Shown piece after piece: positions 12,001-24,105 of a stretch of DNA of 64,000 bases. A program made the position numbers and the translations under genes. The notes under the pieces were generated by a model. The model saw only the letters and a list, made by a program, of their open reading frames with translations, ran no database searches and was not told where the DNA came from. This DNA comes from Sphaerodactylus townsendi (lineage: Eukaryota). The DNA lies in the NCBI RefSeq assembly GCF_021028975.2, contig NC_059430.1, positions 120,962,001-121,026,000 on the forward strand. The letters are read 5' to 3'. How positions within the stretch are numbered: position 1 is the stretch's first letter; the number at the start of each line of letters is the position of its first letter.

Positions 12001-14869
12001 GGAGAGGCATGAAATAATGCGCTTGAGCGAAAGGAACCCTGCGGTGGCATTCAAGATGGGATCGGAAACCGCAGGAAGCAACCGGTGGATTGTCACACAC
12101 CGTCTGTATGATATGGGTGGGAGCAAGAGGCCTAAATACAGGCTTCTGAACAACCATTTGTCTAGTCACCTATGGCATGTAACAGTTGCCTCTAGGCGAC
12201 CAAGCAGGGAATGTTGTTTGTACCGACTGACAAGCGTTTTTAAAAATAATTTAGGCACTAATTAATAATGTAGTTACACAAGGGTAGGAAGATGAAGATC
12301 CATGGGGTATAACTCTGGAATTAGTAAAGTCTATGCAAGTTTAGGTCGCCAAGGGTCGAGAACGACTGAATGGATAACACCATCATCATGCAAGCGTGCT
12401 CTTAAGTGAATGCTGCATGGGGTGGGACAGAGTGCCTTAAACCATACCAAGTGCAAAGCAATTAGATAGTGATTACAGGGCATCTGAGACCAGAAGCATG
12501 AAGTTCTCCACACTGCCAAGCCATTGATAGAAGACCTATGGCACGGGTGCAGAATTTATTTCGAGCCCTCGGTGCTTTACACACAGAGTTCATCATGTGG
12601 GGGCGAAAAATCACTTTCCCCCCCACACACACATCTAGGCTGGCCTGGGCCTCTGAGCACGATGTGCGCACACCGCAGTGAGGACTTGGCTGGTGGGTCT
12701 GATGCCTGTTCTCTGGGTGACTGCTGCCCGGTATAGAGAGGCAGAGATGCTAAGTACACACAAACAGTCTTGGCGCAGGACTTGCTAGAGACTAGAGCAG
12801 GCTGGCCCTGCTCAAAGCGGGTCAGAGGCGTGAGGAAGAGGGAGCCAGTTTTTCTAAACTAAAACCTCAGCATTCAGATTAAATTGCCGGGTTGGCACTT
12901 TGCGATGAATCAGTGGGTTTTGGGTTGCAATTTAGGCATGGTCTAAGGTTCCATGCATCCACTGCTATGAACAGAATTTTATGGACAGAGAATCACAGAA
13001 TTCTAGGAAATGATCACACAAGTAAACGCCAGCAAAAGTTCCTCCACTTCCCCAAAGACATTCCGTTGTCAACAGCCGGAAGCTTCCTATGGCGGCAACT
13101 GGTAGACAGACTCTTACGCCAGGCAAGAGTTAGTCTGCAGTAGATGAGGGGATGGAGTTTTTGGCACCCTCTGGCTACTGCTGCACGACAGTAATCCTAA
13201 TCGTACACAGCAGCTGGCCGCCACACCAAGGAAAGCATGTCTGGGTCACCTGGGCGGGAGCTGTCTTGATACATAACAAGAAGCCATGGTGGTAAGGGGA
13301 GGGGGACGGCAGTGGGAATCGCCTCTTGACCTGCTGCAAAGAAAGCCGATTCTGTTCCCCAGAAATGCTTATTGTCACTCAAGTTGCAGTGCTCCCAGCC
13401 TACCTCACAGGGTTGTTGTGAGGCCCAAAGAACATTCTTGGAACCGTGGCCCTCTCAGAGGGGAAATGACACCCAGCTCAATAAATGCATTTTTGGGGTA
13501 ATGTTATTACGAGTCAGTGAGGAATTAAAAGTGCAGGATCTGAAACAAATGTCTGCCGTGCTTGCTCGCTTGAAAACAGAACACGCAATGAACCATCTAA
13601 AATGTCCCATAAAAGGGGTACTTTGGAGCAGTAGAGATGAATGGAAAAGATCTCCCTCAGCTGCCTCACAGTCTATTTTCTAAGAACACCGAGGGGAGAA
13701 TTATTTACCCATAATAACCAAATAGAACCCATGTGTATAGAGGCACAGTACCGCTGAATACCACATACGTGGAGATGGACAAAAGAGAAAGGCATTTTCC
13801 CCTCTGATCAAAGCGATGGCTATGTTATTTGAGGAAACAGGCATACGGAGCTGCAGAATTCATACCCAAACTTTTACTGGCGCTTGGCCGTATTAAACCA
13901 CTCATTCATACCCAAATCTAGCTCAGGGGTGTCCAACTCTGGTGCCCCAGATGTTTCATAGTTCGATTCCCATCGTAGCCTGCTGGGGAATGATGGAATG
14001 CCGTCCTATCGAGCCAGAGTTAATTTACCGGCTAAATCCTTCTTTGTCTTGTCGATGAAATTAGCTGCAGTGTCCCTGGGATGCCCTCAACTCACTGTTT
14101 TATTTACACCATGTCGCTGTGTCCCATCCCCCCACCATTTGAGGCCAAGGTATTCTCCATCCCTCTTCCACTCTCTCCCCACAATTACCTTTTGGGATGG
14201 ACAGGTGATGTAGCCCTAGTATTACCACATTCACCCCCTTCCCCAAGGAGCCAGTCCTGTATTTGTAGAAGGTGCACCCAGGAAAAATAAAACCAACAAG
14301 TGAGGCATTTCCTAGCATAGAGAAATGATAGCAGGAAAAGCTTCCCCTGCTGATACTGGCCATATTATGCAGCTTTTAAAAGCACAGGAGCCTGCTAGAA
14401 AGAGAATTGGCCACCTTTTCTATACCAACACTGCAAATATGCCAGAACAGCAGAAAAGCAACTTTCCCCTTCCTCAATAATTCGTACTGAGATGCTTTGT
14501 AGGGTTCAGGGCTTTTTGTCGACTCCTCTAGATCTCTGCTGAGGAAACACCCAAAAAACCTGCCCGAGGCAAGCAAGGAGCGAGGAAATCTGGGTCCGTG
14601 TCGTTTAATTACCATCCAACATAATTACACTGCCAAAATAACAAAAACTGAAGACATATATCCCAAGAGAAACCGATTTAGCATCCAAAACGAGCAAAGG
14701 ATTTTTGCCGAACGTTCCTTCAAAGGAAAAAAAACAAACGCCCTCGAGGTCTCTCCTCCTCCGAACCAGACCTGGCGGAGAAACCACAGCTCTCCTTCAA
14801 ACTTCCAGTGAAGCTCCACATTGTTCCTTCAGTGAAGCGCCACGCCTCCCTCTTCCGTCTGAGGAGTCC

Positions 14870-16956
14870 CTTACATCCAGCCTGAGGAGAGGCCCGACAG
14901 GGTGTAGAAAACTTCGCAGGCTGGGCATGCAAACTCTTCACCTGGTGCCAGAGGTGGGACAGGCAGCTGGAAGTGATGCCGCAGTGGCAGCGAAGCGGAC
15001 GGGCGAGGAGTTGCAGGTGCAGTGCCTGGCCAGGCCTTGGTGTCGCTGAGGGATTTCCATGAGTGGGCGCCAGACTGAGCTTCCCTCAGGTGCAGCAGCT
15101 GGTGCGCAGGAGATGGCTTGAGCCCGGAAGGAAGAGCGCGTCGCACAGGCTCGCTGGGCGCTTGGCCCCTTCTGGTGGGGAAGCGGAGCTTCACGACAGT
15201 CGGCTGTAGTGCGCCGCAGTCAGGCACTTAGGCGCGGATGTGGTTCTGGCTGAGAGCCCCGGGCGATGGGGTCGGCCGGGCGAGGAGGTTATCCTGGTAG
15301 GAACCACAGCAAGGGATTGGTTGCAAGACTCTGCCTCTACCTCCATGATGATGAAGTTATCCTCGCCGGCCTCCTCGGTAGTGTAGGCCTCCTGTCCGGT
15401 CCCGACACTGGCTTCCCACGGCTCGGAGGCTACCGGAATACCCCTCAGTGTCGTGCTCCAGGTCCAAGACCTCGGATAACCGAGGCTGGGGACAAAGCGA
15501 ACCCTGCAAAGGAACCTTTGGGCGAAGGGCAGGAGGTGTCGGTAGGGGACAACTGCTTATTTTGCTGGTGCCTTTCGGCAGTAGCGCAGGAACTGGAAAG
15601 TGCGTGGCTGGAGATTCCCGGTGCATGCTGTATCGAATCTAGGTGTGGTCCGTAGGCAGGGAGTTCCCGTAGGGGATGGTGACAAACTGGGGCTCGGAAT
15701 GCACGGGGACGAACTGGAGGGTCGCCGAGTCCAGAGAGGAGAAGTGTGGTTCCGCGTCCACAAACAAAGTGGGCGAGACCTCCGACGTCTTAATGATCAC
15801 CTGCTGGAGCGGGTTGGCCTCCACTTGGCCGTCCAAGATGGCGGCCTGCTCGTCCGCCTGCAGGAGCACAGTCCTGTAAAGGGTGCAAGGGTTCGTGCCC
15901 ACCCACCCTGACGTGAGGGCCGCCTGCTCCTTGCCCCCTCCCAACTGAAGAGCGCCCACGTTGACCTGAGTGTCCAGTATAGCAGCTTGCTCCTCGGCTC
16001 TGAAAAACACGGGCCTCGGGACGTTCGTCTGGTTTTCGAACAGGGCGGTCTGTAACTCCGCGTAGTGGTGTTCCTGCCCAACAGGCCTGACCTCAGCCTC
16101 CTCGTTGCCCAAGATGATGATCTGGTTTTCGGCGTTGATTATGGCGGGCTGGAAGAGCCCTTCGGCGACCTGTCCTTCCAAGATGGCCTCCTGCTTCTTC
16201 TGCCACGGATGCAGAATGCTGACCCCAACCTCGCTGTCCAAGATGGTCATGGAATTTTCCGGATAGGCGGGAATCAGCAGCTCCTCCTTACCCGAAGGCC
16301 TCGGCGAGACGCAACACCGGCTGCGGGGCCCCCTTCCGCTTACTCTGTACAGGCACCTGGATGCTCTTAGCTTTCAGCGTTCTCCTGGGTGGCGGAAGGG
16401 CTGAGCTGTCCTTGCCCCAGCTGGTTGCCAGCTGGCGAGGCTTGTAAACATAGGACACACCTGAGAGGGCGCCTGCAGCCCTTCTTGCGGCAGACCGGAT
16501 GCCTGCGCAAGCACAGGTGCCACTTGATGTGCCAGCAAAATGCTGCGGCCGCCAAGGAGCCGTTGCCGCCTCGAGGCTGGCGCAGCCTGCGGGGAGAGGG
16601 CGGCCCGGGCACGGCAACCCAGCGCTGGCTGACCTCCTCTTGAGCGTGGTCTTGCAGTGCTGGGCGTAGTGCCGCTCTTCGCCAACACCTGGAAGGCGCA
16701 GGGCACTGGTAGGCTCGAGCGATACGACACGAGGGAAGGAGGGGCGATTGTGCGAATGGGGCAGGGGTGCAAGGGAGGGACCCGTTTCTCACAAGCCAGC
16801 GATTTAATGCTGGAGGTACAGATGAAGCTGGCTGAGCGAGGCGTGGTGCAGGCCGGGAAACCTCCTGAGTAGAAAGAAGGTCATGTACGCCTCTCCGTCA
16901 TCGTCGCTGCTCGAAAAGTCCAAGGTTTCCCAGGAGAGGCAGTTCTTGGCGTTTTC
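14870..16956 (-). pseudogene. Multi-C2H2 zinc-finger gene, one large exon with many frameshifts (pseudogene or badly polished assembly)
   Basis: Acceptor tttttccttcaccgccag| at 16957. GC/CpG-rich, codon-like sequence. C2H2-like pieces are recoverable across frames: AYQCP..FQV.GEERHYAQHCKT (~16630-16700), ..AFCWHIKWH (~16520-16560), RA.KC/PDCG..YSRLS..HQKG (~15170-15240), HLL/HQLLHLRE (~15085-15120), RF.CHCGITFQ..LWHQ (~14935-15000). An intact 203-aa middle ORF (15639-16250) carries repeated EQAAILDxQV motifs. The 3' boundary is approximate. Confidence 0.65.
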
Positions 16957-16984
16957 CTGGCGGTGAAGGAAAAAGTCAGCCATT

Positions 16985-17960
16985 AGAATCATAGAATCTT
17001 AAGAGTTGGAAGAGACCACAAGGGCCATCATGTCCAACCCACTGCCATGCAGGAAACCACAATCAAAGCACTCCCAACATATGTTCCTCCAGCCTCTGCT
17101 TAAAAACCTCCAAAGGAGGAGACTCCACCACTCTCTGAGGCAGTGAACTCCACTGTTGCACAGCCCTGACCAGGGGTAGGGAACCTGCGGCTCTCCAGAT
17201 GTTCAGGAACTACAATTCCCATCAGCCCCTACCAGCATGGCCAATTGGCCATGCAGAAACTGATAGAATTATGGATTCCTAATGGTATCTAACAAACTGA
17301 TCGAAAGTTCTTCCCTAATGTTTAGGTCTACGGTTCTACTCCAACCTGGAGATTGACGACCCTTTCACAGAGAATTAACCTAAGACTCTCTGCATCAGTG
17401 TTCTCCATCCGTAAAATGGATAAATGTTAGGGTTGGGAGGTCACCACAACATGCGGAACTGTATTAAAGGGTCACGGCATTAGAAGAGTTTGAAGAAGAG
17501 TTTGGATTTATATCCCCCCTTTTCTCTCCTGCAGGAGACTCAAAGGGGTTTACAATCTCCTTGCCCTTCCCCCCTCACAACAAACACCCTGTGAGGTAGG
17601 TGGGGCTGAGAGAGCTCCGAGAAGCTGTGACTAGCCCAAGGTCACCCAGCTGGTGTGTGTGGGAGTGTACAGGCTAATCTGAATTCCCCAGATAAGCCTC
17701 CACAGCTCAGGCGGCAGAGCTGGGAATCAAACCCAGTTCCTCCAGATTAGATACACGAGCTCTTAATCTCCTACGCCGCTGCTGCTCCCCACTCACTGCT
17801 TAGGAAGGTTGAGAACCACTGGTGTAGGTGGAATCTCTTTTCCTGCACCTTGAAGCCATGACTCCGTGTCCTAGTTAGTATCTGAGGCAGCATAAAACAA
17901 GCCTGCTCCCCCTACGACATCCCATCCCTTCAAATATTTAAACACAGCTATCATGTCCCG
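16985..17960 (-). mobile_element. Nested TE cluster: CR1 containing a hAT MITE, a SPIN-type MITE and a SINE
   Basis: CR1 (ATTCTATG)-type tail at 16985 and RT motif RDMIAVFKYLKG at ~17930; MITE at 17171; SPIN end aggttgagaaccactg at 17821; SINE ~17486-17786. Confidence 0.75.
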
Positions 17961-19304
17961 GTAGGGCAAACGGCAACTGCTCCGAGCCCATCCGAGCACA
18001 GATAAATATGGTATCCAGGAGCACCTGAGCTCCCCACAAACTTGTTTCGCCAGTTTTCTAGCCCTTCCCGTAGTAAATGAATACTCATAAAAGGTCTGGG
18101 AAATGCCTGGCCTCACCTCAGTGGGTTTTAAAACAGAACAGCAGGATGCAATTGCTCTCCATAATGCCAGAGTGGATAGGTTTCCTAATAGCCTGGGGCG
18201 AGCACACTATGCATGTTACGTACAAGCAGTTTGCTAGTGGCTTGCGCAGCCTGCACCTTGTTATGACCAACAGAAAAAGGGGAGAGAAACACTGCCGAAA
18301 AAGAAAACATGTCAAAGTAGTGGTGGAGCAGGGGTCTGCAACCTGCGGCTCTCCAGATGTTCATGGACTACAAATTCCATCAGCCACTGCTAATTGGCCA
18401 TGGTGGCAGGGGCTGATGGGAATCGTAGTCCATGGACATCTGGAGAGCCGCAGGTTGCAGACCCCTGTGGTGAAGGGAAGTGCTGTCAAGTTTGCAGCTG
18501 ACTTGTGGTGACCCTGCAGCGTTTACAAGGCAAGGGATGAACAGAGGTAGTTTGCCATTGCCTGCCACTGTCAAGCGATCCTGGATTTCCTTAGAAGCCT
18601 CCCATCCAAGTACTAACTAGGGCAGTGACGTAGCTGCCACATGGACATGTGGGGACATGTGCCCCGGGCGCACGCCAATTAGTCACGTGGAGGGGTGCAA
18701 AATGGCCCCACCGTGTGATTACGCCACTGAGCATGGGAGGAGGAAGCAGAGCGGCCGTGGCTGCGCCACTTCCCACTCCGAGACAGGGTTTGGGGAGCTG
18801 GGTGGGCAGCTGCTGGGGCGGGGGGAAAGCCCCTCCTTCTGTGGTTCTGTTTAGCGTGGGGAGGGCATGGTGCGGGGACCCACGGGGGAGCAACAACATG
18901 CACATACACCACATACCAAGTGCAGAGGCAATTCCTCCAAGGTCCCGTCTTCAGCCACTTCGATTTCCGCTCCAACTTCCATCCCGGTCACCAAATCCAT
19001 GGTACTCTAAAACAAGCAGGGGGAAAAAAGAAATAGACACTGTTAAGTAATCCTTTCTTGAGGAAACTTCAACCAACAGGAGCCAACTGCCTAGAACTCC
19101 AACTCCAGAATATGTAACAGCACAATTTGTCAAACTGGGAACCAGGAAAAGAGGTGGTGGACGAACCACTGCATGCCCATTGGGCTCAATGGATGTAGGG
19201 TCCAGGAGTTCTGGAAAGTGGGGACCAGATCTTGTCACTTCACAAGGCTGACTGACTATGGCTGCCAAAAGTCCATTACATGCCCAGCTTTAGTTTCTGC
19301 AAAA

Positions 19305-20597
19305 AGGATAACACATATTGAGGCTAAACGTTTTGGAGTAATATGAAAATAAGCAGTGCCTTTGTCTTGCGTGGTGTGGTGGTTAAGAGCAGGTGTGCTC
19401 TAATCTGGAGAACCAGTTTTGATTCCCTGCTCTGCAACTTGAGCTGTGGAGGCTTATCTGGATAACCAGATTAGCTTATGCACTCCTACATATGCCAGCT
19501 GGGTGACCTTGGGCTAGTCACAGTTCTTCGGCGTTCTCTCAGCCTCACCTACCTCACAGGGTGTTTGTTGTGAGGGGGGGAAGGGAAAGGAGATTATAAG
19601 CCCCTTTGAGCCTCCTTACAGGAGAGAAAGGGGGGGGGGGATAGAAATCCAACCTCTACTTCTTGTTAATTCACAGACTTAGTTCTACTTTACCGTTTTC
19701 TTCACAGTACTAATCACTTTCAAATCACCATATTCAAAAATTATATCCATTAATTGCATCATAAAGTGGGTGGGTGGTGTCAGATTCTCCCTAGAGCCAA
19801 GTATAATCTGGATCATGTGTCCGGCCTCCTCTGATGGTACTCTAGTATAGAGGAAAGCTACATCAAAGCTAGCAAATACTGAGTTTTTTGTTACTTGTGG
19901 GCCTTTAATCTTCATATTATTGTTTTTGGTTACTGGCACATTATGTAAACCACTACAAGTTATACTTGTGATTTATTACTGGATGTAAAAAAAAACAGTT
20001 ACAGTGGAACCTCGGTTTTCATTGCCTTCGGTTTTCATCATTTTTTTCCAGTGAAAAATTGGTCTCGGTTTTCATCGATTTGCCTCGGTTTTCATCGATT
20101 TGCAGGAAGGTGCAGGGGTTTGTGGAGAAAAATCACCCGGACAAAGCTGTTGCAGGCCGTGTCTGCCACTTGTTTAATGACAATGTCTTGCCCCGTTTCA
20201 GACAAATCTTAAACAGGGGTCAGAAACAGATACTCTTTGGACAGCTTTCTGGTGTGACACTGGCCCACTGGCTCTGAAGCTGGTCGTAGTGTTATTGTTT
20301 GTTACTGTTTTCAGCCTTAAACACTATGTTTATTCACCAAAAATGTGTTTTTAGGATGTTTTTTGGAGTGCCTAGAACAGATTAATTGGATTTACATTGA
20401 TTCCTATGGAAAAGTTTCCCTCGGTTTTCATCAATTCTTTTCGGACGGATTACCAACGAAAACCGAGGTTCCACTGTATTTATGAGTAGGAACGGTATAT
20501 AGACCCACACATTTCACACAGCATGTAACTGTAGCAAGACAAAGGCACTGCTTATTTCCATATTACTCCTAAACGTTTAGCCTCAACATGTGTAATC
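19305..20597 (-). mobile_element. Penelope-like element relic (RT fragment between ~65-bp inverted repeats)
   Basis: ORF 19685-19939 contains ASFDVAFLYTRVP (PLE RT-like motif); 19305-19370 is the reverse complement of ~20533-20597. Confidence 0.6.
20002..20476 (+). mobile_element. Tigger/pogo-type non-autonomous DNA transposon
   Basis: TIRs cagtggaacctcggttttc / gaaaaccgaggttccactg; TA TSD. Confidence 0.85.
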
Positions 20598-21636
20598 TTT
20601 TTTTTCTTTTTTAACTGACTTCCGTGTTACTGCCAATTTTAATTGCTATACAACTTTAGTTGCTGGGCTGACTCACCTGAGAACACACAACACAAATGTC
20701 ACACCTGCATATTAATAAGGTGCACTGGGGCCTTCCTTTACCTCTGATATTGCTTGACAAATCCCAGGTTCCAGATGACCACAGCATGCAGAAGCGAAAC
20801 TGTAGAGCCTAGCATGATTCAAATAGTCTTTAAGAATACACAAACTCCTGCAGCGTGAAAAATGAGTATTTTAGACTGGCTTTTACAGCCAAAGGCAATT
20901 GGTCTAGGTCAGTGGTGGCGAACCTATGGCACTCTAATTGGCCATGCTGGCAGGGACTGATGAGAATTGTGGTCCATGAACATCTGGAGTGCCATAGGTT
21001 CGCCACCACGGGTCTAGGCCTTCACTATCAATCCTCCATTTCTAGATTCAAAATCCCAAACCAGAGATCTGGCTCTCCCAGCTTCTCGCTGACTATGCCA
21101 AAGGTGGCACACAGGAATTCAGGCCACCAGCACAACACACGCACACCCAGGACTCACAGTTTGCACTTATTCAATTCTTAGCCTCCTCTCTGAGAAAATG
21201 AGGTAGTTTGCCATTGCCTTTCCCAGTCATCTTTATCTATTTATTTATTACATTTATATCCCCCCATATCTCCAAAGACTCAATCCAGCTACACTTTACA
21301 CCCTGGAAGCCGGGTATTCATTTTACCAGCCTCCGAATAATGGACGGCTGAGTTAACCTTGAGCCAGCTACCTGAAACCGACTTCCCTCGGGATCGAACT
21401 CAGAGCTTTCACTGTGTCAACTCCTTCACCCAAGGCGAAGCAGATGCCCTACTATGAGGCCAGAGATGTAACAGCATTTGCTCGATCCAATTATAGGACA
21501 ATGATTTTGCCCCCCTCATGCTATATCTTTCTCTAAAGAAACACCTTGTTCTTGGCTTTGAGAAGAAGGAGGGCTTTTGATACAGGATGCTGCCTTCTCT
21601 AGAGTCAGACCGCTAGTCAAGCAAGGTTGACAAGTG

Positions 21637-21772
21637 GCACTTTCGCACATGCAGAATAATGCACTTTCCATCCACTTTCAATGCACTTTGCAGCTGGATT
21701 TTACTGTGCGGAATAGCAAAATCCACTTGCAAACAATTGTGAAAGTGCATTATTCTGCATGTGTGAAAGTGC
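21637..21772. mobile_element. Palindromic MITE (PIF/Harbinger-like); a similar-type element lies at 49157-49279
   Basis: Long TIRs ggcactttcgcacatgcagaataatgcactttc / gaaagtgcattattctgcatgtgtgaaagtgcc. Confidence 0.6.
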
Positions 21773-22249
21773 CCAAAGAGTAGGTTTCTATACCCCGCTT
21801 CTCTGTACCTTTAAGGAGTCTCAAAGCATCTTAGAAACTCTTTCCCCTTCCTCTCCCTGCAACAAGCCCCTTGTGAAGTTGGTGGGCTGCAGAGAGTTCT
21901 GAGAGGGCTGTGACTGGCCCAAAGTCACCCAGCAGGCTTCATGTGCAGGGGTGAGGGGAAAGTACTAAAACTTGCCCCTAGAGAATGCATGACTACCCTT
22001 AAGGAATAGTGTAAAGCACTCTTGCCTGTAGGAAATAATGAAAGGCACCCAAGCGTGCCTTCCATTATTCCCTATGGCCAATCTTGAATTTCTTATGGGC
22101 AATCATGTAACGTCTATTGACAATCGCTGTCTTTAGTTCCAGCACCTTCCAGGACTGGGGGGTCAAACTGGTTCTCCAGATTAGAGTCCACCTGCTCTTA
22201 ACCACTATTCCCACACCACAGAGAATGTCTGCTCTAGTGGGCAGCGGGT

Positions 22250-22800
22250 CGCAAGCGGAGAGGTCTTCCCCAGCCCCTCCTGTGCGGTCTTCTGGGCGGC
22301 CGGGGATCGAACCTGGCACCTCCTGCATGCCAGGCGACCACCTGGGCCCCTTCCTTGGGAGATCCTGAGAATGCACAAAATCTGCAATGCCCGGGAAGCG
22401 CATGCATGCAAGAAAAGACCCGAAGCCACCCTGCAGCCCAGCCCAGCCTTCGCTTCCCGCGCCAGCCTTCCCCTCCAGGCCTCCCTTCCGCTCCCGCTGC
22501 GACCTACCAAGGCCGGGCCGCCGGGCCTAGCAGCAGCTCCGGGCCAGCCCAGCAAGCCTTCCCGCATGATGCTCGCAGGCAGGCGGCCGGAAGCGCTCGG
22601 CCCCTGCGCCCACCACGCGACCGGGCAGCCGCGGCCACGCCCCCTTTGCGAAGGGAGGGGGCAGAGCGCGGCGGGTCCCGGACGACCGCGAGGGCTGCTG
22701 GGAGTTGTAGTTCCGCCGCTGTCTCCAGCTGCTCTTGAAGACCGGGGGAGGTTGAAAGGAGGGAGTTTATTGGAAAGGGGAAATGTGGGGTGAAGAGCTC
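22250..22800 (-). promoter_or_regulatory. CpG island, likely promoter/first exon of the minus-strand ZNF gene
   Basis: Dense CpG; ETS core CCGGAAG at ~22588; ZNF143/THAP11 motif at 22692-22714; GC-box-like ccacgccccc; candidate minus-strand donor (g|gtaggt) at ~22505. Confidence 0.65.
22692..22714 (-). promoter_or_regulatory. ZNF143/THAP11 (SBS) motif GGAACTACAACTCCCAGCAGCCC
   Basis: Reverse complement of gggctgctgggagttgtagttcc matches the ACTACAnnTCCCAG consensus typical of CpG and bidirectional promoters. Confidence 0.75.
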
Positions 22801-23429
22801 ACGCAAGACCTCTTCGTCGCCTTTCACCGATTTGAATCGCACACCAAACCCATTCATATTTTTTAAAGGAGTCACAAGACGTTTCTTTAAAAATTACTGC
22901 AACATTATTAACCCTGGGGTCCCTCTGGAATTTACCCCTTGAGGTTGCTTCGGTTTGTTGGGTTTTTTGCACGCCCCGAAGGGAAATCCGCTTGATCACA
23001 AGCACTGTGAGGCTGTACAAATCACTTGTCCCTTTCGGGATTTGGCAAGTTCTTTCTGTGGTTGCAACATGGTGGCACTGGGAATTCCCCCATAGGATTG
23101 ACTGGTGACGAAGCAGAGGCCGGGGGTTGCATTTCATAATGTTTGGGCGATGGGCTTCTTTGCAACACCTTCGGGGTCAAAAGTGACTTTGTGCAAAAGG
23201 ATATTTGATAATAAATTGAAAATAAAGTATTCTTTGTGCAAGAGACTAATGCAATGAAATTAAAATAATTTTTTGTGCAAAATAATATCTAATAATAAAG
23301 GAACGCGGGGACAAAGAGGGCCACTTCTGATTTTCGTTCACAGTTCCCATTCCTCGCCTTATCCCTCTTATTCCATCCATTATGCATCACTGCCAGGATC
23401 GTAGGTAGACTCCTCCCCCATCTGTTCCT

Positions 23430-23900
23430 TCTGCTTACACGTCCACACCCCCTCAGAGAGACCTAGGTAGGCTTTGTCGCCTTCTCGCGCATGCGCATAC
23501 GAACGAGAAGTAACCCACCCTACGACAGCGAACCGCCCTAGCCGCAAATGAATGCCCGCAGACTGCGCATGCGGCATTTCCAAGCTAACGGCTTGCAGCC
23601 TAGTAGTGTCAAAAGCCTCCGTTTTGCGCGTGCGCTCTGGGTACAGCGACGGTGGCCGGCGAGGCTCCTCCCGTCCTACCATCTAGATGTGTTGATTCAC
23701 AAACGGAGAGTCAAGCCCGTGGGTAAGTGAGCAGCTCTGGACGCGTAACGCTACCTTTTAGCTCAATGGACCTTTCCGCCATAAACCGGGTTATCAGCCT
23801 TTTACCTAACCGCCGCTCAGGTTTCTCTCCGATGGTAGATATTTCGGTGTTTACGCCGGTATCCTTCCGCGAAGCGTTAAAGGGACAGTTAGTAGTTGTT
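23430..23900 (+). promoter_or_regulatory. SMG9 CpG-island promoter and non-coding exon 1 (donor after 23722)
   Basis: NRF1 palindromes GCGCATGCGC (23487-23496) and TGCGCATGCG (23564-23573); CpG-rich; strong donor gg|gtaagt at 23723. Confidence 0.75.
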
Positions 23901-24036
23901 TCGCTGTATTCATCCGCCAAAGATGTAGTTCCGGCCTTCATCTGTTTCCCACTTATATTCCTCCGCAGGGCAGATGTTGTGTGGTGGTACCGCATTTGGT
24001 GCGCCAGTATCTGTCCGCATATTGCTATAATCCCCT

Positions 24037-24037
<1 letters not shown>

Positions 24038-24104
<67 letters not shown>
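24038..24104 (+). repeat. (CAT)n microsatellite in SMG9 intron 1
   Basis: About 22 perfect CAT units. Confidence 0.95.

Positions 24105-24105
<1 letters not shown>

Noticed and set aside
16804-16992. 62-aa ORF starting MILMADFF as the ZNF start
   Set aside because: The ATGs lie in or beside the CR1 tail upstream of the splice acceptor at 16957
20670-20690. AG|GT recursive-splice-like site on the minus strand (ttctcag|gtgagt)
   Set aside because: It cannot be distinguished from an ordinary or chance donor without RNA data, and the intron is short for recursive splicing
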